Part shown: piece after piece, positions 13,801 through 27,673 of the stretch
Layout of the letters: every line of letters begins with the position of its first letter
Position numbering within the stretch: position 1 is the stretch's first letter
Origin: Marsupella aquatica
Lineage: Eukaryota; Plantae; Marchantiophyta
Direction: 5' to 3'
DNA length: 64,000 bases
NCBI GenBank assembly: GCA_973895155.1
Contig: OZ316897.1
Span: 16,970,058-17,034,057 of the forward strand
Position numbers and translations under genes: made by a program
The notes under the pieces: generated by a model
What the model was told of the DNA's origin: nothing
The model's database searches: none
The model's input: only the letters and a program-made list of their open reading frames with translations

Positions 13801-16800
13801 TTGACTGACTCCCATTATCCCGTACCACACGCAGAGTGTCTAGGTCGATATTCTATTATAGGAAATACCGCTTTGTCTTGATCTAGAGCAGTTCACGACA
13901 AGTACATATGGCGAAACTATTTCTCATGCCCTGTTTCGATGCATTTTGCTTCCATTAAAAATTTATTTCTTTTGAGCGATTGTGAGCGCACGTACTGGAA
14001 GGAAATTCAGCAAGATATCCACACCCACCCGCCAATGTGTGGACGACAGATCGAGCATAGTACGGATTAGAATCTTGATCCGATCAGTGTTTTCTTGATG
14101 GTAGATCGATGCTCCATGCACAGAGACGAGCGACCCCAGCTTCGTGGCTAGTAATCGAAATGCGGCAACTACCTTCGTGTAACAAATTGCCTTAATTCAT
14201 TGTTTTGGACTCGACCTTGCTGAAAAGATCAACGAATTTGGAGGGCATCGATCTCTAGTACCACAGCAAGACTTCTAGGTGCTTGGTCCTTTGCTTACTG
14301 CTTCATTAAGGCCCAGCAGAGCGACCAATTCAACCATCAGGAAGATACAAGATTAATTATCCAGTTCACTAATCGCATGGTAGCGGCATTGCATGAAAGT
14401 TCCACAGTCGGCTGGATCGGAAGTTCGACCAACTTCAAGGCAGTGAAACTTGGGATTCCAGCAAATTATTCTCACTTTTTGTACCTCCGACGACATTGGA
14501 TCCGTCGTCAATCTAAACACCCTCTGTCTGGTACACGCACAATAATAGCCATCGATCGCTTCTTGTCACTGTCACAAACACCCACTCTCTGGTACAGGCA
14601 CAATGGTAGCCATATGTCGACCTCTTATTGTCACTGCCACAAAGACTTGAATCCCCCAAGGCATGTGCAGTGCAGGTCCCGGTCAGCTCTGCAAGATTGT
14701 CGTCGTAATGCAGCCTGTACGTACCAGAGAACCTTTAGTCCCTTAGAGTCTTTCCAAAAGGAAGGTTATTACTTCCTAGTTTAAGGTTGAAAGTAACCAA
14801 GATACCCGTCTCGTGTCGGTCATTTAATTTGACATGATCTTGGCCGGACCTCTAGGATTGATAAGAAACATTCCACGACCCTTTTTATTACCGTTATCAG
14901 AATCGAGTCTTCATTCACCGTCTAGATAGGTGCTTGCACTTCGGTCGTTTTCACTGCTTTGTATTTCGCCTGCTCCACGTAGTACCCACGAACAAAGCAT
15001 GAACCTAGGAATTTTTCCCGCCGCCTAGGGCACGCCACCACGGCGAAGATTACAACCAACTGGCCAAGTGGCAGATTTACGGACAACTTTCTGTACCGTG
15101 GTGGCGCTTGAGTAGTTGAGTCTCTCCGATCGAGTGAATCGCGCTCGTCTTGACTGCATGTGATAACCCGAGTCAAGATGTAATCAGATTCTATCCCCTT
15201 CAATTCTTTTCTAGTGCATCTCAATCAGGGTTTTCCTTTACGCTACCCGTTCGTATCCTTAAATTGTTCCACAGTTTATTTCTTACAACCAAGGTATAAT
15301 CGGGGGTATGATTAATGAAGTGGTGTATTATCCACCTTGTGTTGAAAGCAACCAGAGGGAAACCAAGCCCTTCTAGCTTTCCTTTTACTGATGACGATCA
15401 ATGGCATGTAATGGGCTTCCTGAAATCCGTGCAAACGCGACTTCTTATGCACCGATCTTTGCAGAAGAGACGAAAAGCTTTCTCGTCGTCCTGCATTGAG
15501 AACAACTTCAGACGGTACAAGGCTAGCGAGAGAACAAACAAAAAATGTGAGTTGTTACATACAATCTGTCGAAACGACGAAATCGTGAATAAATTTTTCT
15601 TTGTCGTGATTCTGAGCAGTAAGTTTTATTTGATCAGGTCAACAAAGTTTTTTGGCCTGTGTGGCAATTCATTAAAAAGGATTTGTGTTGCTCTGGGCCC
15701 AGTTGGGCTGCTTCTTCGCTTCCACGTTCGCCATCACCGCCTACCTTTGAAAACGAACGCAGATTCAGTGGTCACACTTGTCTATTTGTGACAACGGGCA
15801 CCCACTGGAGTTTTCAGGAGTACAGCTTGTGGGCTTGGCGCGGACTCACTCAATACTCCCGATCATGGACATGTCAATCAGTACCGTACATCGCAACACA
15901 AAGTGAAATTCAGCCATTTCATTTGACGCTGCCATTTTGTATGAGCTTCCCCTAAAAAACTTTCTTTCCATCACCTCGGAGTCGGGGAGAGGAGTAGAGA
16001 TCACCTCGAAGTCGGGGAGAGGAGTAGAGGACTTGAAGTCTTTAAACATTGTACCCATCGCCAGAGTCATGCTGAGGGGTCACGTAATCCTACGCTGTAG
16101 GCGGCTGAAGTGAATAAGTTTCTGTGGGCGTAGTTGACCCTCTATTCGCAGACGCCGTTGCAGTTCTAGTCGATGATTCGTCGTGCATGTCGGAAATCTA
16201 CTACAACACTGTACGACACGGTTGATGCCAGTGCCGTGAGTCTCTGTCCCGGAGGCTCAGGGATTCATGGTGGACTGGACCTTGACTTGGAGTTCTTCCC
16301 CTGAGGTCCCGTCAGGTTGACTGGCACAAGGGTGACATACACAACACAAGGAGTCGTAAAAGGCATACTGTGAAGGACTGTCGCCGCAAGGACAATTCAA
16401 GGACTCGAGGAGCCCCAACCGGCCGCTTCCAATGAGCTTTTTGTCGTGGACTCGTGGTCATTCACAAACCTCAGTAGTGAAACACGAGTTCTAAATCTAG
16501 TGTACGCTCTCGAAGTGCGCACTTTCGGGAATCTGGAGGAGGTGTACTAAATGACACGGCCAACACGGGTGATCTTGCGCTTATGGTTCCCGACTGTCGT
16601 GATTTTGTACAAGTGTAATAAGTGCAATAATGGCTATCTTGCACAATGAAAATGCTGCACTCCCTCTTTGACTGTACAATACCTGATCTAAAACCCTATG
16701 CCCCCATTGCATAAGTCCAACAATATCTACTACACAAAAGCTTGGACAACAATGGATAAATGGATCACACTGTCCAAAAACAAAAGTCATCCGAGAGGGA

Positions 16801-19800
16801 GATATGACTTTTATCAATGACTGTATACACACTCACGTAGACACTTCGCAGTTTGCACTTAGTGAAGCTGAAGAAAAAATGCCAAACATTCATGAAAAAG
16901 GAAATAGTTATGGACCTCAAAATATACCAAATTTTACACTTGTCTCGAGGGTGCACTTAGACGAGTCCTGAGCCGCGTGTTTTAAATTGCTATGAGATTA
17001 TTCCATTTCTTTTCCGGGAAGCCCTACTGCGGTCCAGCACTGGATAATCTGAAATGATTTTTCTAATCATCAGTGCGGCTGACCGTACCTTGTTGCAGGA
17101 GGAGATAGCTAAGAACATTCCTTGTATAAATTACTATATTTATTCTTGACCATGAGATCTCCCTATAGCTACGGAGAACCGACAGATTTTGACTAATGGG
17201 TCAATTGTGCGATGTGAAATAGAAACGTGGCAAATGCCCCGGGACGGGGGGACGAGGTAGAATTTGGCGAATTTTGGCCACTTAAATAAACCTTGCACAG
17301 AATCTACCTTCTCCACATAGTCCCCGTGCCTAGCAGGAACAATCTTTAGTTGAGTTGCACCTACCTTCTCCACAAACTGCCCCCCAAATTTACAGGAACA
17401 ATATTACTGTAGTTGACTTGATAGAAATGTATTCTCATCATCATTGGAAAAATAATAGAAAAGCTAGCCGGACAAAATCGATAATTATGAAGCTAGCCTA
17501 CCCTTTCATACCGGGTCCCACTGCGACACTGACTGTGCTCTGCTTGAAAATTAAACAAAGACAGGCTCGAGTTGGAACTGACTGTGTATCCACTGTAGTT
17601 GCTAATAAATCGCTTCAATACTTTCCATTCTGGAAGTGACGGGGGCATGATTCCCGTGTGAGAAAGTCAGCTTGATATACTATTAAATATCTGGAGAACC
17701 CCTCGTGAAACGATTCCAGCTTCCTGCTTCCATGAGTCCATGACCAAATTTTTGCCAATGGGTGAATGGATCTCTAAGGTGGAAACTTCTCACGAAACTG
17801 AGCGCTACTGTAGTTCTGGTGTACATCGCCTTTCGTGTTTAACAACTAAACTCGTGCATTCTCGTGTTCCTGTTCCAAATGATGACTCCTCAACCCATTC
17901 ATGAACATTGATTTATTTTTGCTCAAATGGGTTCTCCGTAGCAAATGTTTTGCTTAGAGCACCTCCAGCCAGCCAGTTTGGTAATTGGCGACCCCAAAAC
18001 AAAGTGCCTGGAGGTGAAATTTCATATTTTCCAAACCCACTGTAGGCCAGCATCTCTGAACAGATGGTTTGCCTTGTATATGCCTTTCAGGCGGCTAGTG
18101 TGAGTGATAGTGCTTGATATTTCTAACGTCACTTGGATAGAAATGTAGAGCATATTGAGGGCTTTGGAATGAATGTAATATTGAGCGATGGGCAGAAAGT
18201 TCACCATGTGAAGGATTTAGTTTTCAAAGAAGGGTGGAGAACTATGCATACCTAGCAAGAGGACTAGAATCATCTAATTGAGGTCTGATGTGCAACTACT
18301 ATACTCACTAGCAAGACTAGTAAGTGAGTGGAACTCTTGGCTCCTTGTTGATGAGCCAGTTGAATGATATGAGGGACAGCTTAGTTTGTGGAGACTTGGT
18401 ATGGTGTACAAGCTTAAAGTGTTCAAAAAATGTTTTCTTGTGTGTTGTCATGAATGTAGCTTTTCAGAGGTGAACCAGGTATCTCCTAAGTTGATTATTT
18501 GTGATCATTGGATGTTACACATGTGCATGTTGTCATATGAGCTCACATATGAGTGATGGTCACTCATTTAACAAGAAGCCTTAAAGGGTGAGTAACAAGC
18601 CCAAACTCTAAGCACTCTCGTAAAAAATTGCAGAAACAAAGAAAATGGCAAAAAAGTGGCCAAAAATACTACCTGTTTTTTGACAAAATTATAAAACAAA
18701 CTGAAAGTATTAAAATGACACACTTTTTTCACCATCTCCTAATTACAAAATGATCTCAACTTACTTTTGATAAAATTACTACCTATAATTTTACTATGCC
18801 ATTTTAGCAATTTTTACCAAAACATGATTTGTATTTTTAACAAACAATCAAATTACCTCCATAATTCATTAGACTTGGGAAAAATTCAAATTCATAAAAT
18901 ATGATCTCTTTTTGACTCTCCAACATGCACCCCTTCACTCTTTGAGGAAGACTTTTCAATGGAAGATGATATCTCCACAAATTCACCACCTACACTTCCA
19001 GATGTACCCGTTCTGATCCAAATCAGATCACTCAATGGCTCCTCTTTTACTCTCAACCTGGCTCTCAACATGCCTGAGTTTGATTTGTTAGGCAACATCT
19101 GAATTTCACAAACATATTGACCCAACTGGGCTCCCCCAACCTCTTCTTGGGGACCTCTTCCAAATTCTTATTCTTCCCCTTCAAGTTAATTTCTTGATAT
19201 TGATTGGCTTCCAATCTCAGCCAAATGATGCAAGTGTGCCCGGGTGACCTTCTTGTGATGATCATTTCCTTGCCGGAATTATTTGCAGCCTCAGTAGGTC
19301 TTCTTGTGTCCCCGCTTGTGTCAGCGCTCTTACACCTTCCTGGAATTTGAGAGATGTCGGACGACCATATTCACTCTCTCCCCTTGGTGCTTGTTGCAAC
19401 GCTTGACCTTTCCAAAATGCACAACAATCTGGTTTTGAGACAGGACTTAGTGTTTTTAGAAACTTGTTACAATTGGTCTTCATGAATTCATGAGTCCGCT
19501 TTCTCAACTGTCCACTATCTTGAAGACCCTTGAGTCGGACACCCAAATTAACACTAGTCTCAACCACATGGGATAGAACTTAACGCCCGGGGAGGCTAGT
19601 GCTCTCAAATGAGTGAGAAGAACTTAATGTAGACAAAACACACAAAAGAGCAAAAACCCTTTAACTTGAAACAAATGAAATAACATGTTTTCATGAATAG
19701 AGGACGCCTATTTGAACTTAATTGGTCCTTTCTCTAATTTAAATGAATAAGAAATGCTTAAATCATTTTTCAATAATTAAGCCAATCCTTTCATGACATA

Positions 19801-20904
19801 GATGAACAAGTCAAGGAAAAAGTTGAAAAAATTATATTTCCAAAAGTTTTTTATGACACAACACTTTATTAATTAGTCTTCTTGGCTACTAGGTGGTATC
19901 TTAGTCCTTTGACTTTTTGGCTTGTTGGGCAACTTAGGGCTTCTTTGGGCCTTTTCCCTTCCCCATACCTCCCTTTACTAGATTGCTCAATTATTAATCT
20001 CACAATATTGTTTGGACTACGCAATCCAGTTTACTTGGAGAAATAAATCATTTTTAGGTTTGCATTCCCACGTTTTCATGAGGATAAACATTGGCATTAA
20101 AAACCCATATGTTTTTGCCCACCAAGATACGTACTTCCATGACTCATGATTGGAGAGTTTGTCTTGGTGACCTACTGTTTCCATATGCTTTTTCGAATAT
20201 TGGCATTTGGAGCACTTTTTGCTTTTATTTCACCATAATTTTTGCATTTCTTGAGATTGAGTGGTTTGTCTTTATCCCCTTTTCTTTCACTTTTGAAGTC
20301 TTTCTTTTGGCTATTCTGGAGATTCTCTCCCTAAGATACCTTATTCTCTTTAATGAATTCATGAAGGGGCTACCACCTGGGAAACTGAGAAACCAAAAGC
20401 TTCATGAATTCATGAAGCCCAAAACTGGTTGTGACAAAATACAAAGGGCAAAGACTGTGTTGCAAGCTCAATGACCTACAAAGGGCTAGGGTAGCCAATT
20501 GGCTATGGCAAAGGAGGCTGCGGCCTGGAGAGGGCTATTGCCCCTCACTTAAGCTCAAGTCGCATCAAGGTGCTGTCATCAGCTGCCGATTGAGGTCAGG
20601 CCTAATTTATGGTCTGGGAATGACTGCTAATCTCTGCTGTCGCCTTCAAAATCCTGAAGCTGAAATTTTGAATTCCTGGTTTGATGTTGATGCTTTGATT
20701 GCTGGATTTCACCTGAGTGTTGGACTTTGATTTCTCAGATTTGGTTATTGAATGAGCTTCTACTGTGATTGACTGCTGCTTGAATTAGCTGTGGTAGACT
20801 CTGATTAAATGAGACAGATTCCAATTAGGGGAGATAGCCACAAAGGATCAAGGATAATTTGTGAAAAATTGAGCTTGAGAGCTAGATCTCAATCGAGCAG
20901 ACCT

Positions 20905-21245
20905 AAGGATTGAAGGGGGAGCGAGTGGAGGATGGGAGAGGGAGCAAGGGAGATTGGAATGGGATTGATAAGGATTGGAAGGGGATTGGACGGGAATTGG
21001 AAGGGGGGCCATTTAGGGATTGGAGGAGGGTGGACAATCGACCGTCAGGGGAACGATCAACCATCAGAGGGGGATGGAGCACCGGAGGAGGGCAGTCGAG
21101 CATCAAGGGGATGATCAAACATTGGAGGGGGAGCGGTAAACGATCGGGGGGAGGGTTTAGGATTGGGGAAGGGTTTCACTAATCAGGGACCGGGGGAGGG
21201 CCGATCGGGAATCAAGATTGATCCAGGGAGGATTAAGGGTTGACC
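20905..21245. repeat. G/A-rich low-complexity tract
   Basis: Recurring GGATTGG(A)/GGGGG/CGATC units. Confidence 0.65.
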
Positions 21246-24200
21246 AGGCCTGGTCTGGGTCAAAAATGAGTCCAAGGTGGGTGGATTGGGAGCAGAAGCA
21301 AATAGAACTATCGAGCTTGGGGGAACTAACTGGAGGGAGCTAGGAGGATCATGTAGCTTCTTTCAGGTGAGAACCCGGCTTCATGATTTCATGAAGCCAG
21401 GTGGCTGCCCAAATCAAACTCGACGTACATTTCAATATTGGTATGGATCAAGAGAGTGGGGAGGACGTGAAGCGCACCAGAGTAGAGGGTGCAACAGAAG
21501 ATGTAACTATTGAACTAGCTTGGATTGAAGCAAGGATCTTCTAGAAGTGGAGAGGAGGTTAGAGAAGCCTTAGATTAGTTGAGTTGCATTGTATTTAGAG
21601 ATTTAGTGGACTTAGATGCACACCTACAATGGATAGTGGCATTCTACTTAAGATTTTGAGTTTGCACAAACTCAGATCAAAGACCGTAAATTTTATGTTT
21701 GTAATTAAGTATGGATTTGTTGTTTTTGGTAATTGTGAAAATGATGTTGAAAATATCCCAAGATTTTCATTGAAAGAATTATAATAGCAAAGTTCACAAA
21801 ACATGTTTCATTTTTATATGTTTTTTTAAAGCACTTTTGGAAAAATCATGAAAATCTTGAAAAAGGAATTCAGGCCTTGGACTCATCCCTTAAGGCTCCA
21901 TGTTATTTGCTCAACAGGACTACCTGGCAGTCACTAATGCTCCACATCATTTTGTCCAACTACGCAATGCATGTGCATTGGGCTAGTTTCTTTAAGAATA
22001 CAATTTCTGAGCAAATTAAGACACAAATAGGCAGTCTACAGGAGGCAGGGAGTGTGACTTGAGAAAAATAGAAACCCAAATCCTGTAATGATGGAGGTAG
22101 ACAAGACTGTTAGAACTTAGATGCCAAACAAGAAAATAAAGATTGAATGGTGGGACTTAGTGGCCCCCTAAATCCATCTCAACCTTTCCTTAACTTCTGG
22201 TTGATTTATTCTACTAGAAAAAAACTAGAAAGATCCAAACAAGGTAGCCCAGCATAAGAGGGGGAATAGACAAATAACCAATCCATGGAACCCTTGCATG
22301 GCTATTAAATGTTTGATTCAGGGATGGACTCATGGAAACATATTTCAGACTTAAATGTGTACATGCTCAACAAATTGAAATATAACTAGGCAAAGGGTTG
22401 TCCGAGGGACAGGCTCATGCAAAGATATTAGAGAAGTTTAATTCCGTTTGGTATCTAACCTGGTTATTAAAAACAAAATAAAAAATGTTTGCTAATGTTA
22501 ACTCACTGCAAAGTCTTTGTAGCTAATAACCTATGCCTTCAGCATGGGCAGGAGCATGGGCACAAGTTTTGTTCTTCAGGCAATTCAGACGAATACTCCC
22601 TCTCCAATTATAACACTTCCACTGAGCTCACCTCCGAGTCTACTTAATGTACTCCAATCACTTGAGTCCCTAGTCAGTAGCAACTTTCAAACTACTTAGG
22701 CGCCTCCCCAATGGATTGTCAACCTAAGCTAAATATATACTAGCTTACAGATAAACCATCCCTACCCTAGAGATTCTCTTGCTAGATGTAGTTGAACAAA
22801 AACCTACCCTCATTTCTTTTGGGTAGCCTTTTTCGTATGCCAAGTTTTGCCAAATTCTCACCTCGAAAAATTTGCTGGTTACTTTGACAAGGAAAGCAAT
22901 TGAAGTTTTCAAAATCTTTAAAATTGGACCTCAATCTGGTGACAACTCCCCACCAATCCTTAAGGGTGAGGGCATGAAGTTGACACTCTCTTTCCAACTG
23001 AGCCTTGCAGCTAGTAGAGTTGCCTCTCTCCTTACCCTAGCTTACATTTCCAGGCTCACCGCCTCCTCTTCACATACTTTGCATGCAAGTCGTCACCTGC
23101 AACTCAACAGCTCGGAACCGGTGGATCCAGGGCCTCGCTCCCCCTAGCTTGGAATTAGAATTCCTGTCAGCAAATGTGTATTAAGACCCCGATTAAGACA
23201 CATGGTGGGCCTCCAAAGAATTTGCTTCACAGTTTTCCACATGTTTCTATTAACTCGGTAGCCTGTTTGTCATACCTCAACTAACTTGTCATTACATGAT
23301 TTCCCCTGGCTTTCAATCTTCGCCCATGGCTCATCTTTTAATTGCTACCTGATACTTATTGATGGAAGCTCTTGCTTGCCAAAAGCAGCTCACCTTTGGT
23401 AGGGAAAAGGTTGTCACAGCGGCTATCTCTGAAATTCCTTAAAAAATACTCTGCTTCTAGGTGTACAATAAGATGAAAAAAAAGTTGAACAAACTTCTAA
23501 ACTTTATAATATCCAATGGCGGATGCAATCCCATCATTTCTTTGCCACAGTCTTTCATGAAATACAAATAATGGAGACGAGAAGAAATCCTGAGTGTTCA
23601 TCAATTGGCCACTTTATTTTTCCAAGCTGTTGGATCCGCCCAAAACATCTCATAATTAATCCCTGGTGCACCTCCTTTGATCCCTAGTTGTGTCTATCAT
23701 ATGTTCTCGTGGGCTAGTGGGAGAATTTTCACCATACTAATAAAGGTAAGAAAGCCAGTGAAAACAGTAGTCCAAAATAGTGGTCCTTTTAATTGTTGTC
23801 ATCGGTTTGCCTCATATGTGGTCCCTGATGTGACATAGATAGTGGTCTTAGGTTTTTCCTATGTGTAGCTTCTTGCTTAAATCTCTCATGTTTTCCTCTG
23901 ACCATTTGTTTTGACCCTGTTAATTGAACTCGGTTCTTAAGGTTAACATTTCTATGACTATTCACTACTCTCATCATTGGTATCCTTGTGCAGCTTTACA
24001 TCTAAGTCTACAATAGTGATGTCGTCCTAGTGCTCATGGCCTCAGTCTAGAGTGCATCCACTGATCTACTGTGACATTAAGGTGCGGGAAAGTTTCGAAA
24101 CTGGGGTTGACGAGGGTAGGGTGTGTCTCTGAACATGGTGCATCATGCATAGTCACAAGAAATCATCTGAAAGCAAATTGGGTAAATGGAAAATTGATGG

Positions 24201-25359
24201 GAATGTCCTCGCCTCTGTTTAGATTCAAAGAACGGGCAGTCAGGCTGGTCCATACAATTATGCAAGGTCATCCATAAACTGAGGTGCTCATATAAATTCC
24301 AATTGCGTTGCTGTCAAGAGGTCATAGTAGCCACCCTGACAAGTCTTAGACCCAACTTGCATGTGAAGGGTCGTAAAAACTTTGGCCCTACACTTCAGTT
24401 ATGTCGCAATATGTATGAAGGAGAGTTTCCTGCCACACCCCCCTCCTATGCCAGACCTGATGCCAATTTTTTATGGGGTCATGTGGGCAAGGGCTGGAAA
24501 CTTTCTGGCTCTTGCAGGTTACGACCTTTTATTTTCCAGCTTTCTCGTAGTTGTGTTGTCAGCCTCCTGGCTGCTTGTCATTATTGGAGATCTCTTTTTT
24601 GCCTAATATTTTGTTGCAGCTGCAGGGCCGCATCTCTTAGGACCCACACATGCAAGTTGGCCCTTAATCTAATTAGCTGGTGAGAATTTCAGAACTGAAG
24701 GGGTGAAGAGTCTTGAATGGGGAACTAACTCAAGCACCAAACAAAGAGAGTGGCTCACATTGGCAGGGTTGCATAGCGCCCCTCTGGACTTCACCCTCTA
24801 TAAGTTTGACCAATCCAATGGGTCATAGTCATTTCCAGACGTCAGCTGTACACACCCGTACGTGTCACGATCTCTTAGATTTGTTCTCATTTAAAGTAAA
24901 CTCTGTCTTTTCCCTTGTTGGATTGCGTCACATTGTACTTCTTGCCGTAGATTTCTTCATTATTTTGTGCTACATGGGTGGTTCTTTCTCGTTGTACTTT
25001 AAGAAGTTGACCCCCTTTGACTCGTTGATTGTTGGTGGCCTTCAGCTCAGTAGAAGAGCTTTTTAATGCAATAGCAGCGTCGTGTGTATCATCATGACAG
25101 GTTAGGAAGAGGGGGCCAAACAGAGCTTCGAAGCGTTCAGGTATTTAATTCCAAAAGCAACCCAAAGCATAAACTTTCGAGATTCATACGGCTCTCCCTT
25201 TTGCTTAAAATAGTGCATGTGGCTTGCAGGTTCATTAAAGATAAGGTGTTGGGCCTCGTGCGCCCCCCCTTACTACTCAACACGGTGCACCTCCGTACCT
25301 TGGATCACGTCGTTAAAAGACGACCTCGTTGACAATGGTCTCTACTTTATGGTTGCTTC

Positions 25360-25555
25360 TCAATAAAACAATAAAACCTACCGACTTGCCAGAAAGAAAG
25401 ACAAAAAAGTAATGGCCTTGGTGGGGGCCTGGCCGACTCCTTCGGATGGAGTTGTGCACAAGCTCCGTGTGACCTTCGAGGTTTGAACTCGGGACCTCTG
25501 GAACTAGGATTGCAAAAGGACGCATGTTAGAGAATTTTATCCATTGGACAAGAGA
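25360..25555 (-). mobile_element. Possible tRNA-derived SINE relic
   Basis: Minus strand reads TTGTCCAATGGATAA (A-box-like) ... GTCCCGAGTTCAAACCTC (B-box-like), followed by a T-rich tail. No TSD confirmed. Confidence 0.3.
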
Positions 25556-25878
25556 AATAGTGATGGCTACCAATCGCGATACACAATGAGAATTCTTTGA
25601 TGGGGCCTCTAGGCAAGTAATGCCTGGATGAGCTATTTAAAGCTTTCAAAGTTTTCTAATTGGCCCCATGGATGGCACCTTCAGATTTGAGAAGCATTCT
25701 AGAGGGAATTGAAACTCAAAGTCAACTTCACGGAGAACTGTTTCTCAATTTCTTGGTCAGCTGCTCTGGAAAATTCCCATCTGTGACCCTGACGGAAAGC
25801 CAACCAAGATAGGTCAGAGCACTGGCCACAGCTTAGCTTAAGTTCATAAAAATTTCAAATTGTTCATTTGTCTCATGT

Positions 25879-26236
25879 TGTCATGCTGAGGGACAGTGCC
25901 TCTTATGCACATCGGCATGTCCCTCGCCTGCCCGCTAGGTATGTAGTTAGGGTTAGTGTACTACCTGAGTTAGCGACATGTTCTTGTAGCAAGTCTGGGC
26001 CGTTCTTGAAGCAAATGTGCCTGTTAGTGTGACGCCAGGACTTTGCTTGCTTAGGGCATGTCTTTCTTTGTGGGTTTTCAGTTCTTCTTGAATCGCTGTT
26101 GACAGAGCTCAGACAGTGCTCGTCGGTTCCGTACACGGGATTCACACAGCGATTCGTTAGATGCTCCCGGCCGATCTTGGCATCCTGCCGGTTTTCAATT
26201 CGATTTCAGTACAATTGTTTCTCTTACGCCTTTTAT
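25879..26236 (+). repeat. Element 1 terminal repeat A1 (358 bp)
   Basis: Near-identical to 45046-45403 (about 8 transitions by eye); similarity ends at ...CCTTTTAT. Confidence 0.95.
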
Positions 26237-27376
26237 TCAAGAAGAACTCCCGAGCTGGCAGTGAGGGGAAGAAGATTGCTCGTGAAGATTTCGATAATTT
26301 CTGGTGAAGCCATTGCAATTTCTTCGACGAACATCGGAGTGACGAGTTGAAAGTTATGGGTTTATGTTGTTATGTGTATACTTAAGTGTATACACATATC
26401 AGTGCTCCCGAGGAGGTCCAGAGTTCATTTTCTGGTTGCATCCGCGACCCCTTTGCTCCTTCTTACTGTTACTGCCGCTTGCTGCCGCTTGTTACCTCGA
26501 CTGCTTTTGGGGCCGTTTTTGCATTCCCGGCCACAGCTGCCAGCGAGTTTTGCCTCGGCCGCAGCGAGACGCCTGCATAGGGCCGTGTGCCCTCGTTTCG
26601 ACACGCTTCCACCCCGAACTCCTCTTTACGTTTTCGCCTTTGGGGGCCCCGTTTTCTTCTCTTTCTCTCGACCTCCTTCCGCTTTGGTGTGCAGGCTGTG
26701 CATAGGGCATCGTGCCCTTGCCTTGCCCATTTCTAAGCAGCCAGACTGCCAGAGGAAGGGGAAGGAGCACCAGGAGAGGGCACGAGGCCCTAGGCAGCAT
26801 TAAAGAAGGGGGGGGGGGAGCAAAGGCAGGAGCGCAAGGAGAGGGCACGAGGCCCTATGCTGCATTAAAAGGAGGAGAGGGAGTACATTCGACTCCCTCC
26901 TCTTGGGACTCACACTTCTGCAAGGCACAAGGCCCCATTCAGCATTAACGAGGGGGAGGAGTTGAAGCGAGACTGCGAGAGGAGAGGGCACGAGGCCCTA
27001 TGAAGCATTAAAGGGGGAGGGGAGTTAAGTCGACTCCCTTCTCGGGAGTGCTCCTGCCAGGGCACGAGCCCAAATTACATTGCACGAGAGGAGGGGGGGA
27101 GTTCGCAGCCCTCTATGGGGGCCCGATGCTTTTCTTTTCACCCTTTTTGCCATCTCTTTACTTCACCCTTGCCACGCTGCGTCTTGCCTTTTCGTCCTTA
27201 CGCCTTTTGTGCTCCGCAGTATGTACATAGGGCATCGTGCCCTCCCGTTTCTTTCCCTCGCCGGCCATAGTGACTCCTTGACTTTTCCATAGCCGTCCGA
27301 CTAGCTCTGCATAGGGCCGTGTGCTACGAGTGTGTATACACACTCGACCGGTCTGGCTGCAGTTTCCGGGTCCACA

Positions 27377-27673
27377 CTCGGGGGTCTCACTTCCACAAAA
27401 ATGGCATATCACGTGCGATGAAGGATAGGGTCATTTTATTGGTTCTAAGGGAAGACTTAAAATTTTTTGTAGAAGAACAATAGGGTCTTTTAAATTCAAT
27501 TTTGAGACTTATAAGAACATTAGGGTCTTTTTAATCCAATTTTTAGAATATTCCAAGAATATTCCAACTTTATAGGGGTTAAAAAATAAAAATAAATTCT
27601 TACATTTTAGGGGGTCCCAGGCCTAAAAACGTCGTAGGCGATGGGGAGGTCCCCATATAGTGAGACCCCCGAG
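27377..27673 (+). mobile_element. MITE family 1 (297 bp) inserted in the element 1 leader
   Basis: Perfect 15-bp TIR CTCGGGGGTCTCACT / AGTGAGACCCCCGAG, 8-bp TSD GGTCCACA, AT-rich interior. Confidence 0.92.

Noticed and set aside
8000-18000. Many short 60-160-aa ORFs
   Set aside because: No recognisable domains or consistent exon chain. Non-coding exons cannot be excluded without RNA-seq.
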